From Actinomycetes bacterium (GTDB lineage Bacteria > Actinomycetota > Aquicultoria > UBA3085 > Oleimmundimicrobiaceae): DNA of 64,000 nt. The position numbers and the translations under genes were made by a program. The notes under the pieces were generated by a model that worked only from the letters and a program-made list of their open reading frames with translations, searched no databases and was not told where the DNA came from. Below, in pieces: positions 1 to 10,465 of the stretch. Where the stretch lies: positions 15,368 through 79,367 of the forward strand of contig JAUWKI010000003.1 of NCBI GenBank assembly GCA_030614255.1, written 5' to 3'. The stretch's first letter is position 1. Each line of letters begins with the position of its first letter.

Positions 1-596
1 TTTGGCGTGATTTTACCATTGGGATAATTGAAGAAAATCCCTTATTCACTCTTGTAATTGGGCTTTGTTCTGCTTTGGCGGTCTCAAGCAAGGTTGAAAA
101 TGCCATCTTTATGGGTGTGGCCGCCAGCTTTGTTATGGTTGCTTCAAATATTTTAGTTTCTGTAATTCGCAAAATGGTTCCAAATCAGATAAGGATTCCC
201 ATATTTATCGTGGTTATCGCCTCGTTTGTGACGATTGTCGATTTGACCATGAAAGCGTTTTTTCTTGCCGGCTATGAAGCTCTGGGGGTATGGATTCCCT
301 TAATCGTTGTCAACTGCATGATTCTTGGAAGGGCGGAGGCTTTTGCCTATAAACATGGAGTTATCCGCTCCATTGCGGATGGATTAGGTAAGGGTCTTGG
401 CTATACGCTGGTAATCTTTATAATGGCTATCATCCGTGAACTTGGCGGCACGGGTCAAATAGTTGCTTTTGAGAATACGATAATATCTTTGAGAGGTTTT
501 CAGCCGCCTCAAATATTACAAAGTTTCCCCGGCGCCTTTTTCACATTTGGAATATTGATGGGCTTGCTGCAAAAGCTTCAAAGGAAGGGAGAATAG
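1..596 (+). CDS. rnfE: Rnf electron transport complex subunit E (5' end lies before the window)
   Basis: Frame is open from position 3 (WRDFTIGIIEENPLFTLVIGLCSALAV); motifs QIRIP and IPLIVVNCMILGRAEAFA are typical of RnfE/NqrD. Confidence 0.93.
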   Translation, partial: WRDFTIGIIEENPLFTLVIGLCSALAVSSKVENAIFMGVAASFVMVASNILVSVIRKMVPNQIRIPIFIVVIASFVTIVDLTMKAFFLAGYEALGVWIPLIVVNCMILGRAEAFAYKHGVIRSIADGLGKGLGYTLVIFIMAIIRELGGTGQIVAFENTIISLRGFQPPQILQSFPGAFFTFGILMGLLQKLQRKGE

Positions 597-1208
597 ATGG
601 AACGACTGTTCTTAATATTTTTAGCCGCATTTTTAATAAACAATATTCTGCTTATTAAATTCATCGGATTATGTCCTTTTTTTGGAGTCTCCAGTAGATT
701 TGAGACATCTATTGGAATGAGCATGGCCGTAATCTTTGTTATGACTTTATCATCAGTGGCCTGTTGGGGAGCTTGGAATTTTTTGCTGGATCCCCTCGGG
801 GTCGGAGACTTTCTATATATACCTGCCTTTATTCTTATCATAGCTTCACTCGTTCAATTCGTTGAGATGGTTATAAGAAAAGTTAGCCCCGCTTTGTTTA
901 AAGCCATGGGCATCTATCTGCCACTTATCACGACGAACTGTGCCGTTTTAGCGGCTGCAACTGAAAGCGTTAAGCCTGGTTTTTGGAAACTTAGTTTGGA
1001 ATATAACTACGGTTTGGGTGAGGCTTTAGTCTATACGATTGGCATCGCGATGGGATTCTCGATGGTAATTATAATGTTTGCGGCTATGAGGGAGAGGATT
1101 GAAATAGCCCCGATACCGCGTTCGTTTAAGGGGCTTCCCATAGCATTTATAGCGGCCGGTCTATCGTCTTTGGCTTTTTTGGGGTTTAAGGGATTATTCG
1201 GAATATAA
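597..1208 (+). CDS. rnfA: Rnf complex subunit A
   Basis: NNILLIKFIGLCPFFGVS and GIYLPLITTNCAVL motifs; follows rnfE. Confidence 0.95.
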   Translation: MERLFLIFLAAFLINNILLIKFIGLCPFFGVSSRFETSIGMSMAVIFVMTLSSVACWGAWNFLLDPLGVGDFLYIPAFILIIASLVQFVEMVIRKVSPALFKAMGIYLPLITTNCAVLAAATESVKPGFWKLSLEYNYGLGEALVYTIGIAMGFSMVIIMFAAMRERIEIAPIPRSFKGLPIAFIAAGLSSLAFLGFKGLFGI

Positions 1209-1310
1209 GATAGTTACTTAGAGACCTGGAAACATGGTGACTTAGAGTATTGTAAAGGATTTTAAGAATTTATAATTGGCAGGAATTTTTGAAGGGTGAA
1301 AGATTGAAAA

Positions 1311-2165
1311 ATGGATACTAGTATAATAATTAAAGCGGTTTTAGCGCTTGGCGGCGCGGGGCTTGTTTTAGGAGCTCTTTTAGCCGTCGCCTCGAAGATT
1401 TTTCATGTTGAAATAGACCCAAAGGTTGAGCTCATTAGAGAATTTCTTCCCGGGGCCAATTGTGGTGCTTGTGGGTATCCCGGTTGTGACGGTCTCGCTG
1501 AAGCAATTGCAAAAGGCGAAGCTCTGTCTTCCGCTTGCGTGGCGGGAGGATCGGAGATTGCAGAACAAATTGCGGGTATAATGGGCATCGACATTAAAGA
1601 AGAAAAGGTTGCTAAAAAGGCGCTTGTTTGTTGTGGCGGAGGAAAAAATGAAGTTGCTCATCGTTATATTTATGATGGTGAGTTGGATTGCCGGATGGCC
1701 CAACAGATAGGCAAAGGTCCATCTCTCTGTTCTTACGGTTGTTTGGGGTTTGGAAGTTGTGCTGCGGCATGTCCTTTTGGAGCAATTATAATGGGAGAAG
1801 ATGGTCTACCTCTCATTGATTGGAAAAAATGTTGTGGTTGTGGAGTTTGCGTTGAGATTTGTCCGAGGGGAATTATTGCTTTAGTTTCTGAGAATGAAGA
1901 AGTTCATGTTCTCTGTCACTCACACGATAAAGGTAAAACTGTTCGTTCAATATGCAAAAAAGGGTGTATTGGTTGTAAAGCATGTGAGAAGGTTTGCGAG
2001 TTTGATGCCATTCATGTAGTTGATAACCTTGCAGTCATTAACCATGAAAAATGCACCGGTTGTAAAAATTGTGTGGAGAAGTGCCCTACGAATTGTATCA
2101 CCGTTCTCCTTGAATCTCCTCATGTCCACCCAAAGAAACAAGTTGTCACGAAAACGGTTAATTAA
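1311..2165 (+). CDS. rnfB: Rnf complex subunit B (polyferredoxin)
   Basis: N-terminal TM helix, LPGANCGACGYPGC, several CxxCxxCxxxCP motifs. Confidence 0.95.
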   Translation: MDTSIIIKAVLALGGAGLVLGALLAVASKIFHVEIDPKVELIREFLPGANCGACGYPGCDGLAEAIAKGEALSSACVAGGSEIAEQIAGIMGIDIKEEKVAKKALVCCGGGKNEVAHRYIYDGELDCRMAQQIGKGPSLCSYGCLGFGSCAAACPFGAIIMGEDGLPLIDWKKCCGCGVCVEICPRGIIALVSENEEVHVLCHSHDKGKTVRSICKKGCIGCKACEKVCEFDAIHVVDNLAVINHEKCTGCKNCVEKCPTNCITVLLESPHVHPKKQVVTKTVN

Positions 2166-2259
2166 TTCCGAATTTAAATTGCGGTTTTTTATTGTCGATA
2201 TTCAGCTAGTAATGGTAAACTTAATTTTTGGGTATTGGTCTAAAGATATGTGACTAAAT

Positions 2260-2655
2260 TTGAGGTTAATTATGTTAACCCGCTACGATAAGACTTTCAT
2301 TTGCATCCTACTTTTCCTGGCTCTTTTTACCTTTATCGGAGGACTAAACGCATTTGGTTCAAATGAAAAAGGTAAGGAGGTTATAATTCTTGTGGGTGGG
2401 CACGAGGTGGAACGGTCTTCGCTCAATTTAGAAAAGTCCAGAAGAATTACGGTGGATGGGATACTCGGTGAGAGTTTAATTGAGATTGCGGATGGAAAAG
2501 CAAGGATGCTTTCTTCTCCATGCCCAAACCATAACTGCATGATGCAAGAGTGGGTTAGCAGGCCGGGTGATGTTATAGTTTGTGTTCCTAATCAAGTTAT
2601 CGTCAAAATTGTTGGAGACGATGTTGAAAATGAAATTGATGCATGCAACAGGTGA
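2260..2655 (+). CDS. NusG domain II-containing protein (Lin0431/DUF1312-like)
   Basis: N-terminal TM; SPCPNHNCMMQEWVSRPGDVIVCVPNQVIV motif; usual partner of the Gx transporter. Confidence 0.85.
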   Translation: MRLIMLTRYDKTFICILLFLALFTFIGGLNAFGSNEKGKEVIILVGGHEVERSSLNLEKSRRITVDGILGESLIEIADGKARMLSSPCPNHNCMMQEWVSRPGDVIVCVPNQVIVKIVGDDVENEIDACNR

Positions 2656-2660
2656 TTTAG

Positions 2661-3239
2661 TTGATAAATTCTTCCTATAATGTCAAAAGAATGATAATCT
2701 TAGCACTCCTTCTTGCGGCGGGAACAGCTATTTATGTTATCGAGTCTCTCTATTTCCCAGCAGTTCCAATTCCTGGTGTCAAATTAGGTTTAACAAATAT
2801 CATCACATTGATTTTGGTGGTATTTTTCTCTTGGAAGGATTGTATTTTTAATGCGATAGCTCGCACCCTTGTGGGTTCGATAATAACCGGGGTCTTCTTC
2901 ACACCCGCTTTTGTTTTTAGCTTCGGCGGGGCCCTTGTGAGTACAATAGTTATGCTCATAACCTATAAGTTGTTTTATGGCAAATTTAGTTTGGTTGGCA
3001 TAAGTGTTGCCGGAGCCGTTTCCCACAACTTAACTCAGTTAGTTTTAGCCGCGACGTTATTTATTAAGCATTGGGGTATAGTTTTGCAAGTTCCCATCCT
3101 TATTTTATCCGCAACTGTAACAGGCACGGCGAATGGGATGGTGGCGAACCTTTTCGTAAAAAAAGTTGCTTTTATTCCCGAACTTGCGAAAGTTCGTATT
3201 GCTACTGTCGATTTAAAAGGACCCAATGAGCACCTCTAA
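2661..3239 (+). CDS. Gx transporter / heptaprenyl diphosphate synthase component I family membrane protein
   Basis: PIPGVKLGLTNI and SVAGAVSHNLTQL motifs. Confidence 0.88.
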   Translation: MINSSYNVKRMIILALLLAAGTAIYVIESLYFPAVPIPGVKLGLTNIITLILVVFFSWKDCIFNAIARTLVGSIITGVFFTPAFVFSFGGALVSTIVMLITYKLFYGKFSLVGISVAGAVSHNLTQLVLAATLFIKHWGIVLQVPILILSATVTGTANGMVANLFVKKVAFIPELAKVRIATVDLKGPNEHL

Positions 3240-3921
3240 CTACCGTTTAACCATGAAGAAATTGCCGCCTGACATAAGGCCTCGCGAAAGGCTTTTTCGT
3301 TATGGTGCGAGTGGTCTCTCTGATGCCGAGTTATTGGCAATTCTTCTTGGGACGGGAACCAAAAAGGAGACGGCTTTACAACTTAGCCAACTTGTTTTGA
3401 GCAAATTTGAAACTTTAAGCAATTTAGCATCTGCCAGTCCTGAAGAGTTAGTTGAAATTGATGGTATAGGAAGAGCCAAATCATCTCAAATCATGGCGGC
3501 TATCGAGCTTGGCAAAAGAGGAAATATCGCATTCAATGGAAAAAAGAATTTTATATCGAATCCTAGGGATGCGGTCAATTTATTTATGGCGGAAATGAAA
3601 CATCTTGATAGAGAGTGTTTTAAGGCAGTGCTCTTAAATACCAAGAACCGGGTTTTGAAAATTGCGGAAATCTCAACCGGGAGTTTAAACTCTTCTATTG
3701 TTCATCCGCGAGAATTATATAAGATTGCGATAAAATGTAGTTCGGCCTCTCTGATAGTTGTCCATAATCATCCAAGCGGAGATCCTACGCCAAGCGAAGA
3801 GGATATTTCTTTGACTCAACGGCTGAGTGAATCGGGTAAGATTTTAGGAATAGAATTATTGGACCATATCATAATCGGTGATGGAGAGTATACTAGCTTC
3901 AAAGAAAAAGGATTAATTTAA
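3226..3921 (+). CDS. radC: RadC family JAB-domain protein
   Basis: RPRERL..G...LSDAELLAILL, HhH, VHPRE, HNHPSGDPTPSEED, LLDHIIIG. Confidence 0.95.
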   Translation: MSTSNYRLTMKKLPPDIRPRERLFRYGASGLSDAELLAILLGTGTKKETALQLSQLVLSKFETLSNLASASPEELVEIDGIGRAKSSQIMAAIELGKRGNIAFNGKKNFISNPRDAVNLFMAEMKHLDRECFKAVLLNTKNRVLKIAEISTGSLNSSIVHPRELYKIAIKCSSASLIVVHNHPSGDPTPSEEDISLTQRLSESGKILGIELLDHIIIGDGEYTSFKEKGLI

Positions 3922-4044
3922 AAGAAGGGGTTGCGACAAGGCGTTAAATATTATAATTTAACCTTTTGGTTTATTGTTTTGGCAAAATTTGTTAATATTT
4001 ATTAATCTTAGTTAGTTTTTTATGTTTTTAGAAAGGATGATTTT

Positions 4045-5076
4045 GTGTTAGATTTTTTGATTGGTCCTTTTGGCAAAGATATGGCGGTGGATTTGGGAAC
4101 CGCAACCACTCTTGTTCATGTGAAAGGCAAGGGCATCGTTTTAATGGAACCGTCTGTGGTCTCGGTTGAAAAACAGACGGGCAAGATTCTTGCCGTAGGG
4201 GCGGAGGCAAAGAGGATGTTGGGTAGAACACCCGGCAACATTGTTGCTATTCGACCGATGAGAGACGGAGTAATTGCGGATTTCGATGTAACGGAAAGCA
4301 TGATTCGTTACTTTATTCAAAAAGTGCATAAACGAAGATTCGCTGTTAAGCCACGGGTTGTTGTCTGTGTGCCATCCGGAGTAACGGAGGTTGAAAAGAG
4401 AGCGGTTTTCGAAGCAACAATTCAAGCGGGAGCAAGAGCCGCATACTTAATTGAGGAGCCGATGGCTGCAGCAATTGGTTCGGGTCTTCCAATTCAAGAA
4501 CCAACCGGAAATATGATATGTGATATTGGGGGAGGAACTACGGAGGTTGCGGTAATATCGCTTGGTGGCATTGTATGTAGCGAATCAATTAGGGTTGGCG
4601 GAGATGAATTTGACGAAACCATTATCGCTCACGTAAAGAAAGAGTACAATGTGATGATTGGTGAGAGGACAGCGGAGGAGATAAAGATAGAGATAGGTTC
4701 GGCTTATCCTCTCGAAGAAGAAGAAGATGTGGAAGTTCGTGGCAGGGATCTTCTAACTGGCTTGCCAAGAAATATCACACTTTCCTCCGAAGAAATAAGA
4801 GTTGCCATCGAAGAGCCTCTGAACGCTGTTATTGCGGCAATAAAGATTACTTTGGAAAGAACACCACCCGAGCTTTCAAGTGATGTTATGGATAGGGGCC
4901 TCGTTCTCGCGGGAGGCGGTTCTCTTTTAAAAGGATTGGATGAAAGATTAAGACAAGAGACCGGGCTGCCGGTTTATCTTGCGGATGACCCCATAGCTTG
5001 TGTTGTGATAGGGTCCGGAAAAGCGCTAGAAGAAATAAGTGTACTTAAAAAAATACTCATTGGCGTGCAACGCTAA
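4045..5076 (+). CDS. mreB: Rod shape-determining protein MreB
   Basis: [34 protein letters not shown]. Confidence 0.97.
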   Translation: MLDFLIGPFGKDMAVDLGTATTLVHVKGKGIVLMEPSVVSVEKQTGKILAVGAEAKRMLGRTPGNIVAIRPMRDGVIADFDVTESMIRYFIQKVHKRRFAVKPRVVVCVPSGVTEVEKRAVFEATIQAGARAAYLIEEPMAAAIGSGLPIQEPTGNMICDIGGGTTEVAVISLGGIVCSESIRVGGDEFDETIIAHVKKEYNVMIGERTAEEIKIEIGSAYPLEEEEDVEVRGRDLLTGLPRNITLSSEEIRVAIEEPLNAVIAAIKITLERTPPELSSDVMDRGLVLAGGGSLLKGLDERLRQETGLPVYLADDPIACVVIGSGKALEEISVLKKILIGVQR

Positions 5077-5115
5077 TGAGTATAAACATGTTAAAAAATT
5101 GAGAGGTGTCCCATT

Positions 5116-5970
5116 TTGCGATTTCGGAGGGGTAGTTTAAATAAGCTTACCCTCATTATTTTAATACTTGCAAGTATGTTGATTTTGACATTTTATCTCA
5201 GGGAAGCCAATGACGGAATCTTACATAAATCCCAAGTTTTGACCACGAACACTTTAGCATCTCTCCAATCGGGTGTATCAAAAGTAGCGTCTCCTTTTAA
5301 TCATGCATGGGAATATGTAAATAACATTGGGCACCTCAAAACAGAAAATGAAAGATTAAAAGACGAGGTGGTAAGCTTAAAACAGCAGATTATTACCATG
5401 CAGACCATGGAAAAAGAAAATGAGCGCTTACGTAAACTGGTTGGTTTCAAAGAAAAGACCCATTATTCCACTTTACCTGCAAGGGTTATAGGAAGATATT
5501 CAAGCAATTGGCAATTAATCCTGGTTATTGATAAAGGGTCTAAAGATGGAATTTCTAAGAACATGCCTGTTATGGTTGGGGAGGGTCTTGTTGGGCAGAT
5601 AGTTAAGGTGTCATCTAGCGCTGCTCAAGTACAATTGATAACCGATCGAAAAAGCGGAGTTGCCGCGCAATTAATAAATTCGGGGGAAACGGGGGTTGTA
5701 GAGGGTCAAGTAACCGGGGAATTGGTGATGAATTACATCGCAAAGGATGTTGTTGTAAGCAAAAATGAACTCATCCTAACTTCTGGATTGGGCGGAGTCT
5801 TCCCAAAAGGGTTATTTATCGGAACTGTTTATGAGGTTAAAGAAACTCCCTACGGTTTATATAAAGATGTGCGCGTAAAGTCATATGTAAATTTCTCAGA
5901 GCTAGAAGAAGTTCTCATTATTACCGATGCTTTGCCCATTCTTCCTTTTTCACCTGAAGAAGGTGATTAA
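5116..5970 (+). CDS. mreC: Rod shape-determining protein MreC
   Basis: TM plus coiled coil (ENERLRKL), IDKGSKDGI, TSGLGGVFPKG; follows mreB. Confidence 0.95.
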   Translation: MRFRRGSLNKLTLIILILASMLILTFYLREANDGILHKSQVLTTNTLASLQSGVSKVASPFNHAWEYVNNIGHLKTENERLKDEVVSLKQQIITMQTMEKENERLRKLVGFKEKTHYSTLPARVIGRYSSNWQLILVIDKGSKDGISKNMPVMVGEGLVGQIVKVSSSAAQVQLITDRKSGVAAQLINSGETGVVEGQVTGELVMNYIAKDVVVSKNELILTSGLGGVFPKGLFIGTVYEVKETPYGLYKDVRVKSYVNFSELEEVLIITDALPILPFSPEEGD

Positions 5971-5971
5971 T

Positions 5972-6514
5972 GTGCAGTCTTTCTTTGTACTGTTTTTAGC
6001 TATATCGATAGCTTTTTTAACCCAAACTACAATTATACCCTATTTTGAGATTGGTGGAGTTCAGCCCGACTTAGTCCTGATTGTAATTACAATTTACGCT
6101 TTTATTGAGGGGCCCGTTTGGGGTTCATTGGCCGGATTCATGGGTGGATTATTGCAAGACTTAGTGACTATAAGAAATATGGGGCTTGGCTCTTTATCGA
6201 AGACCATCGTTGGATATTTTGCTGGTTTAGCAAAGAAAAATGTAGTTAGCGAAAACGTTTTTTTACCTATGGTTGTGGTGTTTTTGACTTCTTTGGTTGC
6301 TCAAATAATTTACATTTCATTCTCTTTTTTGGTGGGTGACACCATTGCTTTGCGAGAAGTTTTCTTTAGACTAATCGTTCCAAGCGCTATTTACGATAGT
6401 CTCTTGGCAGTACCTGTTTACCTGTTATTTTTGAAGATATTGGCTCGAAAAAAGGGTGCCTATTATTTGGAGGAAGAGCGAGTTTCCAAGAAGCGGGAAA
6501 ATTTTATAAGATAG
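5972..6514 (+). CDS. mreD: Rod shape-determining protein MreD (likely GTG start at 5972)
   Basis: PDLVLI and GFMGGLLQDL motifs, multi-TM; SD GAAGGTGA before GTG at 5972. Confidence 0.9.
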   Translation: MQSFFVLFLAISIAFLTQTTIIPYFEIGGVQPDLVLIVITIYAFIEGPVWGSLAGFMGGLLQDLVTIRNMGLGSLSKTIVGYFAGLAKKNVVSENVFLPMVVVFLTSLVAQIIYISFSFLVGDTIALREVFFRLIVPSAIYDSLLAVPVYLLFLKILARKKGAYYLEEERVSKKRENFIR

Positions 6515-6523
6515 GAAGATTAA

Positions 6524-8383
6524 ATGGTAAGACTCGATGATTCAACACAAAAGAGATTGGCTATCGCCGGAGCCGTAGTTACTATTGTGTTTAGCGTGCT
6601 CCTGGGTCGTCTTTGGACTCTTCAGATTATTGCCGGAGAAAAGTATACCAAAATGGCGGAGAGTAATAGGGTTAGGACCATTTCTCTCAGCACTTCTCGG
6701 GGAGTAATTTATGACAGAAACGGCGAGGTCTTAGTCGATAATCGTCCAAGTTTAGTTGTTGCAGTTACTCCTTCAGAAGTAGAGAACGAAGATGTATCGT
6801 TTAGGTTGGGCAAGCTTTTAGATATGACATCCGATGAAATTAAGGAAAAGTTGGAAGATAAGGCCGTTGACCCGCTGAAATCAAGAAAGGTTAAATATGA
6901 TATAGATGAAAATATTGCGGTTTATATTAAAGAACACTCCGCTGATTTTTCAGGGGTGGAAATAAAAGTTGAATCGGTTAGGAATTACTCCGCGCCTACC
7001 ACGGCGGCTCATGTTCTAGGTTATCTCGGGGAGATATCTGGAGATGAACTTGAGCACAATAAAGATAGCGGATACGAGCTGGGGGATTTAATTGGAAAGA
7101 GTGGGATAGAGAAACAGTATGAAGAAATTCTTCGCGGTATAAAAGGTTTTCAGCAGTTAGAGGTTGATGCTTCCGGAAAGGTTGTTCGGATACTTGATGA
7201 AAACGAGTCTGTTGCGGGAAATAATCTTCAGCTAACCATCGATAGCAGTCTTCAGCAAGCCACCGAAAAATCTTTAGAGGAGGCAATTAAGGTGGCTCAA
7301 AGAGATGGCCATGAGGACGCTAATGCCGGAGCGGCGTTGGTGATGGATCCAAATACGGGTGAGATTCTGGCTATGGCGAGCTATCCCACATTTGACCCTT
7401 CGCTTTTTATCGGAGGGTTTTCTTCAAAACAATGGGCCGACTTAAACGATAAGTCTTCGGGTTTTCCTCTCATTAATCGCACCATGATGTGCTCTTATGC
7501 ACCAGGCTCAGTTTTTAAACCCGTTACTTATTTGGCGGGCTTAATGGAGGGGGTGGTCTCCTATAGAAGCACTTTTGATTGTGAGGGTAAATGGACCGGC
7601 ATGGGAGAAAGCTGGCCTCGATATTGTTGGAATAGAGCCGGGCATGGGCGAATGAATCTAAGCTCAGGAATGAGCAACTCTTGCAACATTGTTTTTTACG
7701 AAATCGGGTATAAATTATATAAGGCAGGGGGAGAGAAACTTCAAAAATGGGCTCACGAGTTTAATTTAGGTTTAAGAACGGGCGTTGATTTACCATCTGA
7801 GACCAAAGGAAGGGTTCCTGATAAAGCATGGAAGAAAAAATTTAATGAAGAGCATCCGGATTATCAAGCATGGGTACCCGGCGACACGGTTAATTTAGCC
7901 ATGGGTCAAGGCGATTTGTTGACCTCACAACTTCAGATTGCAAATATTTACAGCGCTATAGCCAATGGTGGAACAGTTTGGAAGCCACATTTGGGAAAAA
8001 AAGTTTTAACGGCTGAAGGAGAAGAAATTCACGAGTTTAATAGGGAAAAAGTGTTAGATATTCCCGTTCCTGAAGATATTATTGAAAAATTACAAAGAGA
8101 CTTGCGAAGAGTGGTTGTCGATGGGACGGCAAAGAGGGCTTTTGAAGGTTTTTCTCTAGAGGTAGCCGGGAAAACGGGAACTTCTCAGGTTAAAGGCAAG
8201 GATGATTTTGCATGGTTTGCTTGTTACGCACCGTTAGATAATCCGCGTTACGTCGTGGTTGTTTTAATTGAACAAGGTGGACACGGTGGCTCCGTTGCGG
8301 CTCCAGCGGCTCGACGAATATTGGCTGCTGCATATGATATTTCCTCAACTGGTTCGTTGAGTGTTCCGGATAAATCCAGGTAA
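6524..8383 (+). CDS. mrdA: Penicillin-binding protein 2
   Basis: RGVIYDRNG, GKSGIEKQYE, PGSVFK (SxxK), SCN, KTGT. Confidence 0.95.
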   Translation: MVRLDDSTQKRLAIAGAVVTIVFSVLLGRLWTLQIIAGEKYTKMAESNRVRTISLSTSRGVIYDRNGEVLVDNRPSLVVAVTPSEVENEDVSFRLGKLLDMTSDEIKEKLEDKAVDPLKSRKVKYDIDENIAVYIKEHSADFSGVEIKVESVRNYSAPTTAAHVLGYLGEISGDELEHNKDSGYELGDLIGKSGIEKQYEEILRGIKGFQQLEVDASGKVVRILDENESVAGNNLQLTIDSSLQQATEKSLEEAIKVAQRDGHEDANAGAALVMDPNTGEILAMASYPTFDPSLFIGGFSSKQWADLNDKSSGFPLINRTMMCSYAPGSVFKPVTYLAGLMEGVVSYRSTFDCEGKWTGMGESWPRYCWNRAGHGRMNLSSGMSNSCNIVFYEIGYKLYKAGGEKLQKWAHEFNLGLRTGVDLPSETKGRVPDKAWKKKFNEEHPDYQAWVPGDTVNLAMGQGDLLTSQLQIANIYSAIANGGTVWKPHLGKKVLTAEGEEIHEFNREKVLDIPVPEDIIEKLQRDLRRVVVDGTAKRAFEGFSLEVAGKTGTSQVKGKDDFAWFACYAPLDNPRYVVVVLIEQGGHGGSVAAPAARRILAAAYDISSTGSLSVPDKSR

Positions 8384-8392
8384 GGTGATTTA

Positions 8393-9499
8393 GTGAAAAA
8401 GCGAGATTTTTTTGAATGGGTTAGGTTTATAGATTTTAGTTTAATCGCAATAACAGCTTTACTGGTTGCGTATGGTAATCTGACGGTTTATAGTGCTACC
8501 TGCAGTTCGCAAACCGACCCATTTTTTTACTTAAGAAAACAGGTAATCTTTACTTTGCTAGGTATTTTGGTCGCGGCTGGAATAGTTCTTCTGAATTATA
8601 ACTGGTTTAGACATTATATGATTCCATTTTATATCGGTAACGCCGTTTTGCTGCTACTTGTGCTTTTTGTCGGGTTCACGACATATGGGGCTACCCGCTG
8701 GATATCGATAGGTTTTTTCAATCTCCAGCCCTCCGAACTAGCAAAGATAGTTCTAATCCTAACCTTAGCCGCGCTTTTGGCGGACAGAAAAGGGAATATC
8801 GACAAATTGTCTAAGTTGTTTATTATCTTTGCTTATGTGGGGCTGCCTTTGTTCTTAATCATTGCCCAGCCAGACTTGGGCACAGCCCTGGTTTTGGTGG
8901 CCATAATGCTGGGGATGTTATTAGTTTCTGGACTGAAATGGCAACACGCTCTGTTAATTTTTGGTGTCGTTATTTTAGCTATTTTTCTTATTTTTCAATT
9001 CAACTTGTTAAGAGAGTACCAAATGAATAGATTGGTGGTATTTATTAATCCCAACGTTGATCCCACGGGGGCCGGTTACAATCTGTTACAATCTAAGATA
9101 GCAATAGGTTCAGGAGGTCTCTTTGGAACAGGGCTTTTTTCTGGAACCCAAACCGGTTTAAAGTTTTTGCCTGTGCGTCACGCAGACTTTGTGTTTTCAG
9201 TCGTTGGCGAAGAGCTAGGTTTTTTAGGCTCCTCTTTTCTTTTAGGTTTATATTTTCTTTTGATAACCAGGAGTCTGGCAATAGGAGCTTCGGCAGGAAA
9301 TCTTTACGGCACATTGGTCGCCGTCGGGGTTTCATCAATGTGGTTATTTCAGGTTTTGGTTAATATTGGCATGACGATGGGAATTATGCCAATAACCGGA
9401 ATACCGCTTCCATTTTTTAGTTATGGGGGGAGCTCAATGCTGATAAACTTTGCCGGAGTTGGTCTTTTATTAAACATTTATGCTCGTAGATTTAAATAA
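8393..9499 (+). CDS. rodA: Rod shape-determining protein RodA (SEDS family)
   Basis: QPSELAK, QPDLGTA, GYNLLQSKIAIGSGG, GIPLPFFSYGGSS. Confidence 0.95.
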   Translation: MKKRDFFEWVRFIDFSLIAITALLVAYGNLTVYSATCSSQTDPFFYLRKQVIFTLLGILVAAGIVLLNYNWFRHYMIPFYIGNAVLLLLVLFVGFTTYGATRWISIGFFNLQPSELAKIVLILTLAALLADRKGNIDKLSKLFIIFAYVGLPLFLIIAQPDLGTALVLVAIMLGMLLVSGLKWQHALLIFGVVILAIFLIFQFNLLREYQMNRLVVFINPNVDPTGAGYNLLQSKIAIGSGGLFGTGLFSGTQTGLKFLPVRHADFVFSVVGEELGFLGSSFLLGLYFLLITRSLAIGASAGNLYGTLVAVGVSSMWLFQVLVNIGMTMGIMPITGIPLPFFSYGGSSMLINFAGVGLLLNIYARRFK

Positions 9500-9511
9500 A
9501 CGGAGGAGACA

Positions 9512-10465
9512 ATGAGAAAAAGGAAATGGATACCTCTCAAAACAAAAGTGATTTTAAAAGTATTAAAAGAGGTAAAAGGAGAATCTAATTTACCTATATT
9601 GGTTTTAGTTGTTGGAGAAGAGGGTGTAGGCAAAAAATCTATAATTGAAAAAATTGTTCCTGATTCTCGGAACAGAGTTGCGTCAGACGAGGTCTTCTCT
9701 GTTATTAACTTCAGTACAAAAAACGATTTGCCAAAACTTACTCCCAGGATAAATGAAGCGGATTTGGTCTTGGTAGTTGTAGATGCAACAAAGAAGATGA
9801 GCGATGGGATTATCGGCTTGTTAAAACATCTCAAGGAGAGCAAGGTGCCTTTTCTTCTGATTGTTAACAAGATTGATGTTTCAGAGGATCTGGGGATTCA
9901 ACTTGAGCCCATGAGTAACTATCTCGAGCAGTTTCTTCCAAACGTCATTTTAACTTCGGTTTTAAAGGAAATAAACATAGGAGACAAGTTAATTCCGACG
10001 ATAGTTCGTTGCTGTGAGAAAAAGAAGCTGTCTTTTGCGACTAGATTTCAGGCATTTAAGCTACCCGTTATAAAAGAGATTATAAAAACCACCGCTTTGC
10101 AAAATGCTGTTATTGCGGGTGTTTCTCTTTATCCCGGAGCCGATCTGCCCATACTTACTACAAATCAAATCAGAATGATATTGAAAATTGCCGCTGTGTA
10201 TGACAGAGATATTAGTTTTTCAAGGGCAAAGGAGATAGTTATGGTTATAGGCGGGGGCTTTACCTTTAGAGCTATTGCCCGGGAGTTACTATCATTTTTA
10301 CCCACGATAGGTTTTCTTATGAAAGCTGCGGTTGCTTACGGTGGAACGGTAGCAGTAGGGAGAACTGCTAATAAGTATTTCGAGAAAGGAATTAGCGATT
10401 TATCAGCCGAAGAAATAAGAGATATTATACTGGAAACGGCAAGGGAGTTGAAGGTTGTCCAGTGA
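9512..10465 (+). CDS. Degenerate GTPase-like domain fused to a DUF697/YcjF-like C-terminal domain
   Basis: GEEGVGKKS (G1-like), NKID (G4), PGADLPILTTNQIRMILKIAAVY. Confidence 0.7.
   Translation: MRKRKWIPLKTKVILKVLKEVKGESNLPILVLVVGEEGVGKKSIIEKIVPDSRNRVASDEVFSVINFSTKNDLPKLTPRINEADLVLVVVDATKKMSDGIIGLLKHLKESKVPFLLIVNKIDVSEDLGIQLEPMSNYLEQFLPNVILTSVLKEINIGDKLIPTIVRCCEKKKLSFATRFQAFKLPVIKEIIKTTALQNAVIAGVSLYPGADLPILTTNQIRMILKIAAVYDRDISFSRAKEIVMVIGGGFTFRAIARELLSFLPTIGFLMKAAVAYGGTVAVGRTANKYFEKGISDLSAEEIRDIILETARELKVVQ

Noticed and set aside
2653-2655. Other TGA stops as selenocysteine or genetic-code reassignment
   Set aside because: The TGA-ending genes checked (e.g. NusG-II, rng, hemW, recO) end at normal lengths, consistent with code 11; only 28083 falls at a conserved Cys
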